A stretch of DNA of 64,000 nucleotides, from positions 15,829 through 79,828 of the forward strand of contig JAAZXB010000012.1 of the NCBI GenBank assembly GCA_014240375.1. Reading direction: 5' to 3'. How positions within the stretch are numbered: position 1 is the first letter of the stretch; each line of letters opens with the position of its first letter. The notes under the pieces are model-generated. The model ran no database searches and was not told the DNA's origin. It worked only from the letters and a program-made list of their open reading frames with translations. Position numbers and translations under genes: made by a program. Shown piece after piece: positions 9,901-18,907 of this stretch. The stretch comes from Planctomycetota bacterium (GTDB taxonomy: Bacteria; Planctomycetota; UBA8108; UBA1146).

Positions 9901-10821
9901 TTGGATCGCAGAAATTTTATCTCCGCGGCAGCTCTGGGAGTGGTCGGCAGTAGCTGGGTGGGTGCCATGAAACCGGGGGCAGAAATGTCGACCCCAGCGG
10001 ACTCTTCGCTTCAGCCTCGCCTCAAGAAGTCTCTCAAGATCGGCATGGCGAATGTCGGAAAGACACTGGAGGAGAAGTTCGAAATTCTCAAGGAAGTCGG
10101 ATTTGACGGAGTCGAACTCGATTCGCCTTCCGCTCTCGACTGGCGAGAAGTGTTGCGCGCGAAGGCGGCGACCGGTCTCGAGATTCCCGGAGTGGTGTGC
10201 TCCTCACACTGGGGAAAGCCACTTTCTGCGACGGACGAAAAGGTCCGTCAGCAGGGGATCGAGGGAGTCGAAACCGCGCTGAGAGATTGCCGCCTCTTCG
10301 GTGGCACCACGGTGCTGGTGGTGCCGGGAGTTTGCCGAGATGGAGTCACCTACGAGCAGGCGTGGAAACGATCGACCGAGGCGATTCATCAGTTGATTCC
10401 TCTGGCGGCAGAATTGCGCGTTCGAATCGCCTTCGAGAATGTCTGGAATGATTTCATCACCGATGCCGATGAAGCGGTGAAGTATGTCGATCAGTTCAAC
10501 AGTCCATGGGTCGGCTGGTACTTTGATACCGGTAACATCGTTCGTTATGGCAGTCCCCCCGAGTGGGTGAGAAAACTGGGCGCACGAACCATCAAGGTCG
10601 ACATCAAGGATTATTCCCTCTCCCGCAAGGAGAAGGATGGAGTGTGGGCCGGATTCGCCTGCAAGATCGGAGATCCGGACTCATCGGTTCAGTGGTCTGA
10701 AACGATGAAGGCGCTCGTGGAGATAGGCTACCGTGGTTGGGGGTCTGCCGAGGTGAGCGGCGGAGATCAAGAGCGCCTGGCCGATATTTCCCGTCGTATG
10801 GATGACGTGTATTCCAGGTAG
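9901..10821 (+). CDS. Tat-signal sugar phosphate isomerase/epimerase (xylose-isomerase-like TIM barrel)
   Basis: A TTG start sits 7 nt after a GGGGG run. RRNFISAAALGVVGS is a Tat motif. IAFENVW...WYFDTGNIVRYG...IKVDIKD is typical of the family. Confidence 0.7.
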   Translation: MDRRNFISAAALGVVGSSWVGAMKPGAEMSTPADSSLQPRLKKSLKIGMANVGKTLEEKFEILKEVGFDGVELDSPSALDWREVLRAKAATGLEIPGVVCSSHWGKPLSATDEKVRQQGIEGVETALRDCRLFGGTTVLVVPGVCRDGVTYEQAWKRSTEAIHQLIPLAAELRVRIAFENVWNDFITDADEAVKYVDQFNSPWVGWYFDTGNIVRYGSPPEWVRKLGARTIKVDIKDYSLSRKEKDGVWAGFACKIGDPDSSVQWSETMKALVEIGYRGWGSAEVSGGDQERLADISRRMDDVYSR

Positions 10822-10921
10822 TGGTTTCCCGTGGAAGCCTCTATCATCGAAGAGTACCCCCGACTCGTATCGGGACGAGAGAACCTGACCGCAGTATTGA
10901 TCCCCATGAGAGGTCATCTTC

Positions 10922-13900
10922 ATGTCTCTGACGACTAAAAGCGTGTTCCTGTTGCTTGCACTGTCCCTCTGCTCTGGCCTATCGGGACAGGTTAGCGCGG
11001 ATTCCTGGGTCAACTGGGAAAGCCCTCCTGTTCATCCACTGGAACTGGTTTCGGGCAGTGACCTGCTGCTGGCAACCAACACGGCAGATTCCCATCTGGA
11101 GATCTACAACATCAGTTCCGGTGTCCCGGTGCCGCTCATGTCGGTGCCGGTAGGACTCGATCCGGTATCGGTGCGAGCTCGCAATGCCACCGAGGCGTGG
11201 GTGGTGAATCGAATTTCAGACACCATCAGTATCGTCGACCTTCAAAATGGCTATGTCCGATGGACATTGATGACAGCGGATGAACCTGCGGATGTGATCT
11301 TTGCTGGCACGCCGGAACGCGCTTATGTTTCCTGCTCGGGAACCGATGAGATCATGGTGTTCGATCCATCCGATGTGACGGCCTCCCCCGAGATCATTTC
11401 CTTGGTGGGTGAGGAGCCTCGGGCACTTGCCAAGAGCCCCGACGGATCGATCGTCTACTGCGCCATCTTTGAATCGGGCAATGGCACCACCGTGCTCGGC
11501 GGTGGTTTCGATATCGGGGCCAATGTCATCGCTTTTCCGCCCAATGTCGTCAATGATCCAGCAGGGCCTTATGGTGGCGTCAATCCTCCGCCCAATTCCA
11601 ATGGCGAGTTTGAGCCACCAATTAACCCCAGCATCGGTACACCTCCACCCGTGGCACTGATCGTCAAGAAGATCGACCAGGATGTGTGGGTCGATGATAA
11701 CGGAAGTGACTGGGGAGATCTGGTCAGCGGGCCACAGGCAGGCCTCTCGGGTCGCCAGGTCGGCTGGGATCTGGCAGATCATGATGTCGCGGTCATCGAT
11801 ACCACCGACAACTCGGTCACATACATCCAGTCGCTGATGAACATCTGCATGGCGATCGGTGTTCGTCCGACCGATGGAGCCATCTCGGTGGTCGGAACAG
11901 AGGCATTCAATCACATCCGCTACGAACACAATCTCAACGGGAACTTCATCGATGTGCTGCATGCGATGATCGCCCCGGGAGGTGCGGCCATTGCGCAGAT
12001 TGATGATCTCAATCCGCATCTACCCGCCAGTGGTGTCAGTGTTCCCCTCGATCAGCAGTTGCTGAGCATAGGAGATCCGCGTGCCATCGTCTGGAATGCC
12101 GCAGGTACCGAGGCTTTTGTCGCAGGCAAGGGATCCGGGAATGTGGTCCGGCTCCAGGCGGACGGAACCCGGGATCTTGTGGCGGATCCCATCGACGTGG
12201 GTGCCGGTGCGACCGGTCTCGCCCTCGATGAATCGAGGGGAAAGCTCTACGTGCTGGAGCACTTCGATGCCTCGGTCGCTTCCATCGATATTCAGACCGG
12301 CACCGTCAGTGGTCGAGAGACCTATCACGATCCCACCGGAGCAGTGGTGCGCTCGGGTCGAAAGTTCCTCTACGACACACACCTCACCTCCGGAATGGGC
12401 CAGGTCTCCTGTGCTTCTTGCCATGTCGATGCGCGGACCGATCGCCTGGCGTGGGATCTGGGAGATCCGGCGGGAGAGGAGGCTCCATTCGTCGATGTCT
12501 GCAACATGGGTCTGCCGCTTCCGGGTGTTCCTCCGTGTGATGATTTCCATCCGATGAAGGGGCCGATGTTGACCCAGACATTGCAGGACATCATCGGGAA
12601 GGAACCTCATCACTGGCGTGGAGACAAATTTGGTATCGAGGCCTTTGGTGGCGCATTCATGTCGATCAATGGGGATGATCTCCCGGTCGGAGGGGTAGCG
12701 ATGCAGGAGTTCGAGGCATACCTCGCCAGCATCTATTTTCCGCCCAATCCGTTTCGCGGCATGAGAAATGAGTTGCCCACCGCATTGCCACTCGACGGCC
12801 ATTTCACGACCGGTCGCTTCGGTTCTGAAGGTGAAATACTGGGCAGTGGAAATGCAGAGACAGGGCTGGATCTTTATCGCAATGCTGGCCTCGATGGAGG
12901 TTTGCAGTGTGTGACCTGCCACGCGCTTCCCATCGGAATCGGACCCAACTCTGAATTCAGTTCTGGTTTTGTCATGGCAACGATTCCCGACGGTCCGATG
13001 GGGGAAAAGCACCATGGTATGGTCAGTGTCGACGGTTCCGTTCAGCGGAACATCAAAATCCCTCAGTTGCGAAACGTCTACAAGCGCACCGGTTTCAACA
13101 CCACCCAACTGCTCAATACAACCGGATTTGGATACCTGCACGACGGGTCGGTGGATTCTGTTGAACGCTTCATCAGTGAGCCGGCCTTCTCGGTGACCAA
13201 TGATCAACAGATTGCAGATCTGACCGCCTTCATGCTGGCATTCTCTGGATCCGACCTACCAGAGGGAAGTAACCAGACTCCCTTCGAACCACTCGGGTCG
13301 CCGAGCCAGGATTCGCACGCTGCAGTGGGGATGCAGATCACCCTGGACGAGACCAATAGAGATGACGCTGAAGTGCTCGCAGATGCGCAGATCATCCTCG
13401 ATGAGGCGAGTCTGGGCAGGGTCGGTGTGATCGCCAAGGCGTGGCAAGGCGGATTCCTTCGTGGATGGGTAATGGTGGGCGCCGGCACCGGTGTGTTCCA
13501 GTCCGACATCCTCGCAGAAGCCACCACCTTCACCGACCTTCGCAACTCGGCGGTAGCCGGTGCGGAAGTGACCTTCACCGTGGTTCCGACCGGTTCGGCG
13601 CTGAGGATGGGGATCGATCGCGATCTCGATGGTCATTTTGATGGGGACGAACGCCTTGCCTGTTCCGATCCTGCCGATGCACTGTCTCAACCTGGATCCT
13701 GCTCTGGCGTGTTCTTTGTCCGTGGCGACGGAAATGGCGACGGCGCACTTGATATCTCCGACGCTATTTCAACGCTAACGCTCCTGTTCAGCGGTGGCAG
13801 TTCCAGCACCACCTGTGAGGATGGTCACGACAGTAATGATGATGGGGCCATCGATATCGGAGACCCGATCGCTCTGCTCTCGTACCTCTTTGCTGGAGCC

Positions 13901-13984
13901 GCAGAGTTGCCGGCCCCGGGGGCCAACTGCGGTGAGGATCAGACGGGCGACACCTTGCAGTGTAGCGAGACCGTCTGTCCCTGA
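10922..13984 (+). CDS. Secreted fusion protein: N-terminal beta-propeller-like region, di-heme cytochrome c peroxidase (CCP/MauG)-like domain, C-terminal dockerin-like module
   Basis: The signal peptide is MSLTTKSVFLLLALSLCSGLSGQVSA. FLYDTHLTSGMGQVSCASCH matches the CCP-family first-heme signature, and a second CXXCH is present (CVTCH). The C-terminus carries two Ca-binding dockerin-type repeats (GDGNGDGALDISDAISTLTLLF, DSNDDGAIDIGDPIALLSYLF) and then a CGEDQTGDTLQCSETVCP tail. Confidence 0.8.
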   Translation: MSLTTKSVFLLLALSLCSGLSGQVSADSWVNWESPPVHPLELVSGSDLLLATNTADSHLEIYNISSGVPVPLMSVPVGLDPVSVRARNATEAWVVNRISDTISIVDLQNGYVRWTLMTADEPADVIFAGTPERAYVSCSGTDEIMVFDPSDVTASPEIISLVGEEPRALAKSPDGSIVYCAIFESGNGTTVLGGGFDIGANVIAFPPNVVNDPAGPYGGVNPPPNSNGEFEPPINPSIGTPPPVALIVKKIDQDVWVDDNGSDWGDLVSGPQAGLSGRQVGWDLADHDVAVIDTTDNSVTYIQSLMNICMAIGVRPTDGAISVVGTEAFNHIRYEHNLNGNFIDVLHAMIAPGGAAIAQIDDLNPHLPASGVSVPLDQQLLSIGDPRAIVWNAAGTEAFVAGKGSGNVVRLQADGTRDLVADPIDVGAGATGLALDESRGKLYVLEHFDASVASIDIQTGTVSGRETYHDPTGAVVRSGRKFLYDTHLTSGMGQVSCASCHVDARTDRLAWDLGDPAGEEAPFVDVCNMGLPLPGVPPCDDFHPMKGPMLTQTLQDIIGKEPHHWRGDKFGIEAFGGAFMSINGDDLPVGGVAMQEFEAYLASIYFPPNPFRGMRNELPTALPLDGHFTTGRFGSEGEILGSGNAETGLDLYRNAGLDGGLQCVTCHALPIGIGPNSEFSSGFVMATIPDGPMGEKHHGMVSVDGSVQRNIKIPQLRNVYKRTGFNTTQLLNTTGFGYLHDGSVDSVERFISEPAFSVTNDQQIADLTAFMLAFSGSDLPEGSNQTPFEPLGSPSQDSHAAVGMQITLDETNRDDAEVLADAQIILDEASLGRVGVIAKAWQGGFLRGWVMVGAGTGVFQSDILAEATTFTDLRNSAVAGAEVTFTVVPTGSALRMGIDRDLDGHFDGDERLACSDPADALSQPGSCSGVFFVRGDGNGDGALDISDAISTLTLLFSGGSSSTTCEDGHDSNDDGAIDIGDPIALLSYLFAGAAELPAPGANCGEDQTGDTLQCSETVCP

Positions 13985-14017
13985 AGAACTGTGAGCCGCT
14001 GAGGCGATCGGAACCGA

Positions 14018-15847
14018 TCAGGAATAGAGGGGCCAGAAGTAGGGGATCAAGGTCCCTGCGATGGCCCAGATGATCAGTACCAGCGGGGCACCCACCTTGG
14101 CAAAGTCACTGAAGCGGTAGCCTCCGGCACCGTAGACCAGTGTGTTGGTCTGGTAACCGATGGGGGTCAGAAACGACAGTGAAGCGCCGAACGCCACCGC
14201 CATCACGAAGGGGATCGGCGAGACATCTCGCTCCATGGCGAGTCCCAATTGAGTAGAGATCTTCAGTGCGACCGGAACCAGCACTGCGGCGACCGCTGCA
14301 TTGGAAATCATCTCGGTGAGTAATGCTGCGGCGACCAGCGTCACCACGATCAGTCCGTAGGGGCCGACGTAAGGTTGCAGGTGAAGCACCTGGTCTGCCA
14401 GCCAGCCGGCGGTCTGGGTCGTCTCCATCGCTTTCCCTAGCGCCAGCGTTCCAGCGATCAGCACCAGGACTTTCCACTGCACCGCCTCGTAGATCTTGGT
14501 TCCGCTGATGCAGCCGGTCACCACCATCGCCACGGCGCCTGCCAGAGCGACCGTGGCCATCGGCCAGATCTGGGTGGAGAGTAATCCGATGATGGCGATG
14601 AGGATCAGGATCGCCAGCGGGGCCTTGCCCTTGCGCACCACCACATCGTCGACCCCGGACATCAGGACCAACCCCTCCTCGCCGCGAATCCTATCGAGGC
14701 CCTCGGGAGTCCCCTGGATCAGCAAGACGTCGCCGATGCGCAGCGGGTGTTCGCTGATCTTGCTGCGCATGTGCATGCCGTGGCGTTGCAAGCCGATCAC
14801 GTTGAGCCCGAAGCGGCGGCGCAATTCGACAGAACCGAGTAACTGGCCCACATAGGGACTGCTCGGAAGTACCAGCAACTCCGCCAGTTGCGCCTCCTTC
14901 TGAGTGGTACTTCCCTGCGTCTCCGAGACGATCTCCGACAAACTGGCCACTCCCGTTTGATCTTGAACTTCCATCAGATCTTCGATGGTGCCGGAGATCA
15001 CCAGAGCGTCACCGAGATCGAGCATCTCATCATCGAGTGGTGGCCAAAGGATGTCTTCACCGCGGATGATCTGGAGGATACGAACCTTGCCAGCGGTGGC
15101 GAGGATGGTGTCGCCGAAGCGCTTTCCGATCAGTTCTCCACCGCGGATTTCGATCTCTGTGATGTACTCCCGGTGGCGACGATCGCCTCCCAGGCTGGCG
15201 AGGGAGGTGATTGTCTGGCGTACTGGAAGAAGTTTCGGAGCGACCGTGAGCAGATAGACCAGGCCCACTGCGGCGAGAATCGCACCCATCTTGGTGAACT
15301 CGAACATGCCGAGTTCGATGCCGGCACTCTCCCGCGCGATGGATGCCACCAGGATGTTGGTGGAGGTTCCGATCAGGGTACATGTGCCACCGAGGATAGC
15401 TGCGTAGGAGAGGGGAATCAGAACCGCAGATGGGTTCATGCCACTGCGCAGGCAAATTCCCAGAACCACCGGGATGAACATCGCCACGACCGGGGTGTTA
15501 TTGAGAAATGCGCTGGCGATCAGCACGATGATCAGGATCAACGCGGTCATGATTCGATGGCTTCCGCGACTCCACTCCTGCAAATGATTGGACAGGAAAC
15601 CGAGAGCCCCGGTACGGAGCAGCCCCTCACTGACGATGAACAGGGCGCCCACTCCGATCACCGCCGGATGGCCAAAGCCCTCCAGCGCGTCCTCGATGGG
15701 GAGGATGCCCCGAGTGGTGAGGTAGAGCAGCAGTGAGATCGCAATGACATCGACCGAGAGAACCTCACTGGCGAAGAGCAACAACGCGGCAGCGAGCAGG
15801 ATCAACACCTCGATGATCTGAGGATTCAGCACCAAATCAGTCGTCAA
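14018..15847 (-). CDS. SLC13/DASS family anion:Na+ symporter with two central TrkA-C (RCK_C) domains
   Basis: A TTG start (MTTDLVLNPQIIEVLILL...) is preceded by GGAAGGGAAG. About 12 TM segments flank two soluble TrkA-C-like inserts. The 5' 74 codons of tracked ORF 14018-16069 look non-coding. Confidence 0.75.
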   Translation of the reverse strand: MTTDLVLNPQIIEVLILLAAALLLFASEVLSVDVIAISLLLYLTTRGILPIEDALEGFGHPAVIGVGALFIVSEGLLRTGALGFLSNHLQEWSRGSHRIMTALILIIVLIASAFLNNTPVVAMFIPVVLGICLRSGMNPSAVLIPLSYAAILGGTCTLIGTSTNILVASIARESAGIELGMFEFTKMGAILAAVGLVYLLTVAPKLLPVRQTITSLASLGGDRRHREYITEIEIRGGELIGKRFGDTILATAGKVRILQIIRGEDILWPPLDDEMLDLGDALVISGTIEDLMEVQDQTGVASLSEIVSETQGSTTQKEAQLAELLVLPSSPYVGQLLGSVELRRRFGLNVIGLQRHGMHMRSKISEHPLRIGDVLLIQGTPEGLDRIRGEEGLVLMSGVDDVVVRKGKAPLAILILIAIIGLLSTQIWPMATVALAGAVAMVVTGCISGTKIYEAVQWKVLVLIAGTLALGKAMETTQTAGWLADQVLHLQPYVGPYGLIVVTLVAAALLTEMISNAAVAAVLVPVALKISTQLGLAMERDVSPIPFVMAVAFGASLSFLTPIGYQTNTLVYGAGGYRFSDFAKVGAPLVLIIWAIAGTLIPYFWPLYS

Positions 15848-15992
15848 TCGTTCTTCCCTTCCAGGGATCGTTGCGAGCCCGCATCTCTGATGTAGGCTGA
15901 GAGGATACCGGGGAGAGTGTCGCTCTCTCCAGTCGATTTCTGGAAGCGGGCCTCGAAGGCTCGCAGTTGGCACCCTGCACGAATGGAGCCCG

Positions 15993-17129
15993 ATGGCGCC
16001 GAGTCGGCGAGATGTCGGCCGTAACTGGCAACTGGTGATTGTCGGGGGCGGATTGGCGGGATTGGCCACTGCCGCCAGTTGTGCCCGCAGGGGGATCGGA
16101 CCGATTTTGCTGGTCGAGCAGGAATCGAGACCAGGAAGTCACTCCAGCGGCAGAAATTCCGGTCTGATCCGAAGGGTCGCGGAAAACCCCATCACCACCC
16201 GGCTCTGCATCGAGGGGGCCGATGAGATCGAATCGCTGTGGAGTTCCCGGCGAGAAAACTCCCCTTTTCGTAGGTGCGGATCGGTGATCTTTGACCCCTC
16301 GGGTGAGATCGCCGATGGTTGCTGGAGTCAGGTTTCGTTCAACCGTTGGGACGAAACCCAGTTTCGATCGATGTTTCCAGAGTTCCAGCAGCTGCCGGCA
16401 GGGGAAGCACGATTTGTCGAGGCGGACGGGATCCTCGAAGTCCCGGCGCTACTGGGTCACTTCGCAGCACAGGCCAGAGATGCCGGCGTGGAGTTGCGGA
16501 TGGGGTCTCTCGCTCATCATCCACGAATCGAGGGCGGTCGATTCACCTCGATCCACATCGATGGAATCGAGATGAAATCAGAGGCACTGGTGGTGGCGAG
16601 CGGGGCGTGGGCGGGTCAATGGTCGCAGGCGGCGGGTGTCCCCATCGAGATGACTCCGTACCTGCGAAGTTGTGTTCACTCCGATCCGATCGGCCACCCA
16701 CCACGTCTTCGACCGTGGATCTGGGCCCATGATCCAGGGTGGTATCTCAAATTTGGCAACGAGAATACGCTCTGGAGCGCTTGTGAAGAGATCGCCGATC
16801 AGCCGGGTCGAGCGACTGTTTGCGGCGATCCCTGGCAACGAGTGAAGGAACGGGTCGGCCCCTCGATCGACGCCATCGAGGATCTGGAGCCTCGTCATAT
16901 CTGGGCCGGACATCGGAACTTCTGTCGCGACCGTCAATTCCTCTTGGGTCCCGATCCGCGGATCGAAGGCTGGCACTGGGCGGTCGGTCTCGGGGGGCAC
17001 GGTGTGACCGCTTCACCGGCGGTGGGTCAACGGGTGGCGGCGGGAATCATCGAGGGACTCGACGGGCTCGAGCCGGAACTGTGCTGGAGTGAAGAGCGAT
17101 TCCCGATGAACCGTGCAGGAACAACTTGA
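15993..17129 (+). CDS. FAD-dependent oxidoreductase (DAO / glycine-oxidase-like family)
   Basis: N-terminal LVIVGGGLAGLATA dinucleotide-binding motif; size and layout typical of DAO-family flavoenzymes. Confidence 0.7.
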   Translation: MAPSRRDVGRNWQLVIVGGGLAGLATAASCARRGIGPILLVEQESRPGSHSSGRNSGLIRRVAENPITTRLCIEGADEIESLWSSRRENSPFRRCGSVIFDPSGEIADGCWSQVSFNRWDETQFRSMFPEFQQLPAGEARFVEADGILEVPALLGHFAAQARDAGVELRMGSLAHHPRIEGGRFTSIHIDGIEMKSEALVVASGAWAGQWSQAAGVPIEMTPYLRSCVHSDPIGHPPRLRPWIWAHDPGWYLKFGNENTLWSACEEIADQPGRATVCGDPWQRVKERVGPSIDAIEDLEPRHIWAGHRNFCRDRQFLLGPDPRIEGWHWAVGLGGHGVTASPAVGQRVAAGIIEGLDGLEPELCWSEERFPMNRAGTT

Positions 17130-17210
17130 GAAGTGGTCTGAAGTCCGGATGATCTGTCGGAGTGGTTCAAGCGATATCCGGAGTGCAACTGCAGTGAGTA
17201 AGGGGAAGAC

Positions 17211-18059
17211 GTGGTAGCCGAGGCGAAGAACAACAAGAAGAAGAAGAAGAACAAGAAGAAGAAACCCGATCGACAGGCTTTTCTGGCCAACAAGCACGAC
17301 CTTTACCAGAGAGCGGTTCAGGAACCATCGGCAGACAACGAGTTCATGTCCAAGCTCTTTGCGCAGAAGTTCCAACGAGATGCCATCGTGATGAGGGAAG
17401 ACTTCTGTGGTACCGGCCTGCTCTCGGCCACCTGGGTCGAGGAAGATCCGCAGCGCAAGGCGATCGGTTACGATCTGGATGTGGAGACGGTGGAGTGGGG
17501 CATCGAGAACAATCTCGCCAAGCTGGATGATGAACAGCGCTCCCGTGTCGACCTGCGAATCGCCGATGTCCTGGATGCCCCGAAGGATCCGGTCGACATC
17601 ATCTGTGCGATGAATTTCTCCTGGTGGATCTTCAAGAAGCGTCAGGAGTTACTCGAATACTTCAGATCAGTTCGGTCCAGCCTTCATCCAGAAGGGCTCT
17701 TCATTCTCGACATCTATGGCGGCAAGGAAGCCTATGAGGAGATGGAAGAGGAACACGAGAAGGATGGTTTCGATTACATCTGGGATCAGGATGCGGTGTG
17801 CGGGGTCAGTGATGAAATTCTCTGCCATATCTCCTTCCACTTCCCCGATGGGTCGAAGATGAAAAGGGCGTTCACCTACGACTGGCGTCGCTACGGTATG
17901 CGTGAAAGCCAGGAGATCCTCCTCGATGCCGGTTTTTCCAAGGTCGAGGTCTACTGGGAGGGCGTCGATGATGAAGGTGACGGTGACGGCGAGTTCACCC
18001 TCACCACTCGGGCGGAGAGTACCGATGCCTGGATCGCCTACCTGGTCGCCATTCCTTAG
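17211..18059 (+). CDS. Class I SAM-dependent methyltransferase with poly-lysine N-terminus
   Basis: FCGTGLLS (motif I-like) plus downstream acidic motifs. An imperfect (AAG/AAC)n tract at 17225-17264 encodes KNNKKKKKNKKKKPD. Alternative start ATG 17346 (MSKLFAQ...). Confidence 0.65.
   Translation: MVAEAKNNKKKKKNKKKKPDRQAFLANKHDLYQRAVQEPSADNEFMSKLFAQKFQRDAIVMREDFCGTGLLSATWVEEDPQRKAIGYDLDVETVEWGIENNLAKLDDEQRSRVDLRIADVLDAPKDPVDIICAMNFSWWIFKKRQELLEYFRSVRSSLHPEGLFILDIYGGKEAYEEMEEEHEKDGFDYIWDQDAVCGVSDEILCHISFHFPDGSKMKRAFTYDWRRYGMRESQEILLDAGFSKVEVYWEGVDDEGDGDGEFTLTTRAESTDAWIAYLVAIP
17225..17264 (+). repeat. Imperfect (AAG)n trinucleotide tract (in-frame, encodes poly-Lys)
   Basis: gaagaacaacaagaagaagaagaagaacaagaagaagaaa. 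Confidence 0.9.
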
Positions 18060-18907
18060 GGTGCCGTCGGAATCACGGCAGTCGAAGTTCCCGAACTCGC
18101 TCCACTGACGCTGGCGACCAGCCACAACACCACCGGATACCCTGCCGCTTCGAGGGCTGCGGTTGCCGCACCCATCGTGGCCCCGGTGGTCAGAACATCA
18201 TCGACCAGCACGATCGATGGAGCGGTGGGACTCTTTGGCGCGGCTCCACAGTAAAAAGCACGGGCCGCGAGTGCTCGCCGTCGATGTGCCGGGAGAGTGA
18301 CTTGCGCTCTACCTGGGTTCCTCCTCAGTAGCCTTCGGTACGGCAGACCGCGCTGACGAGCGATCGGGATTGCCAGCCGTTCGGCGAAGGAGAGCCCCTC
18401 GATCCAGCTTCGGCGCCAGTGTCTGGGTATCGCCACCACAGTCCAGTGGCTGCACTCCTCGAACTGCAAAGAGCGGGATGGGCACTCCAGCGAGCGCCAC
18501 CGATCGACCAGGGTGGACGCCAGTAGCCCGGCGATATCGTCCCTCTGTTGGCTCTTTCCCTTGAGGATCAGACCCCGCAGAGAACCTTCATGAGTCGAGA
18601 TGTGGATCAGCGGGCGTTGCGGAGCCGTATCGAGGCAGGCGGCACAGCGCCCCTCGAACCGCTCCTCTCGCTGGAGGCAGCGGGGGCAGGTGGGGGACAG
18701 CGGCGGCAGATCACCGAGGCAGGTGCCGCAGAGAGCCCTGGCGGGGAGAGGATTCCCACCACAGAGACGGCACTGCTCCGGCCACAGTAGTGCCGCCAGT
18801 GCGGCCAGTGCGGCCCAGGCCGGAGGCGGTCTCCGGCCGTCCTCTTGTCCAGAAGTGGACGGTCGATCTGGACAGCCAGCGCTTGTACCGCTATCGTCGG
18901 TGCCCAT
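18056..18907 (-). CDS. comF: ComF family phosphoribosyltransferase (ComFC-like)
   Basis: An N-terminal Zn-ribbon (CRLCGG...CGTC...CPRC) is followed by the PRT motif VLVDDVLTTGAT. The start ATG (MGTDDSG...) lies at 18905-18907, directly abutting the tRNA on the other strand. The longer tracked ORF would overlap the tRNA and was trimmed. Confidence 0.7.
   Translation of the reverse strand: MGTDDSGTSAGCPDRPSTSGQEDGRRPPPAWAALAALAALLWPEQCRLCGGNPLPARALCGTCLGDLPPLSPTCPRCLQREERFEGRCAACLDTAPQRPLIHISTHEGSLRGLILKGKSQQRDDIAGLLASTLVDRWRSLECPSRSLQFEECSHWTVVAIPRHWRRSWIEGLSFAERLAIPIARQRGLPYRRLLRRNPGRAQVTLPAHRRRALAARAFYCGAAPKSPTAPSIVLVDDVLTTGATMGAATAALEAAGYPVVLWLVASVSGASSGTSTAVIPTAP

Noticed and set aside
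11216-13207. Minus-strand ORFs 11216-12019 and 12020-13207
   Set aside because: They are antisense to the 1020-aa secreted cytochrome fusion gene, whose frame carries the signal peptide, CCP and dockerin motifs.
14888-15736. 282-aa +strand ORF
   Set aside because: It is antisense to the DASS transporter gene.
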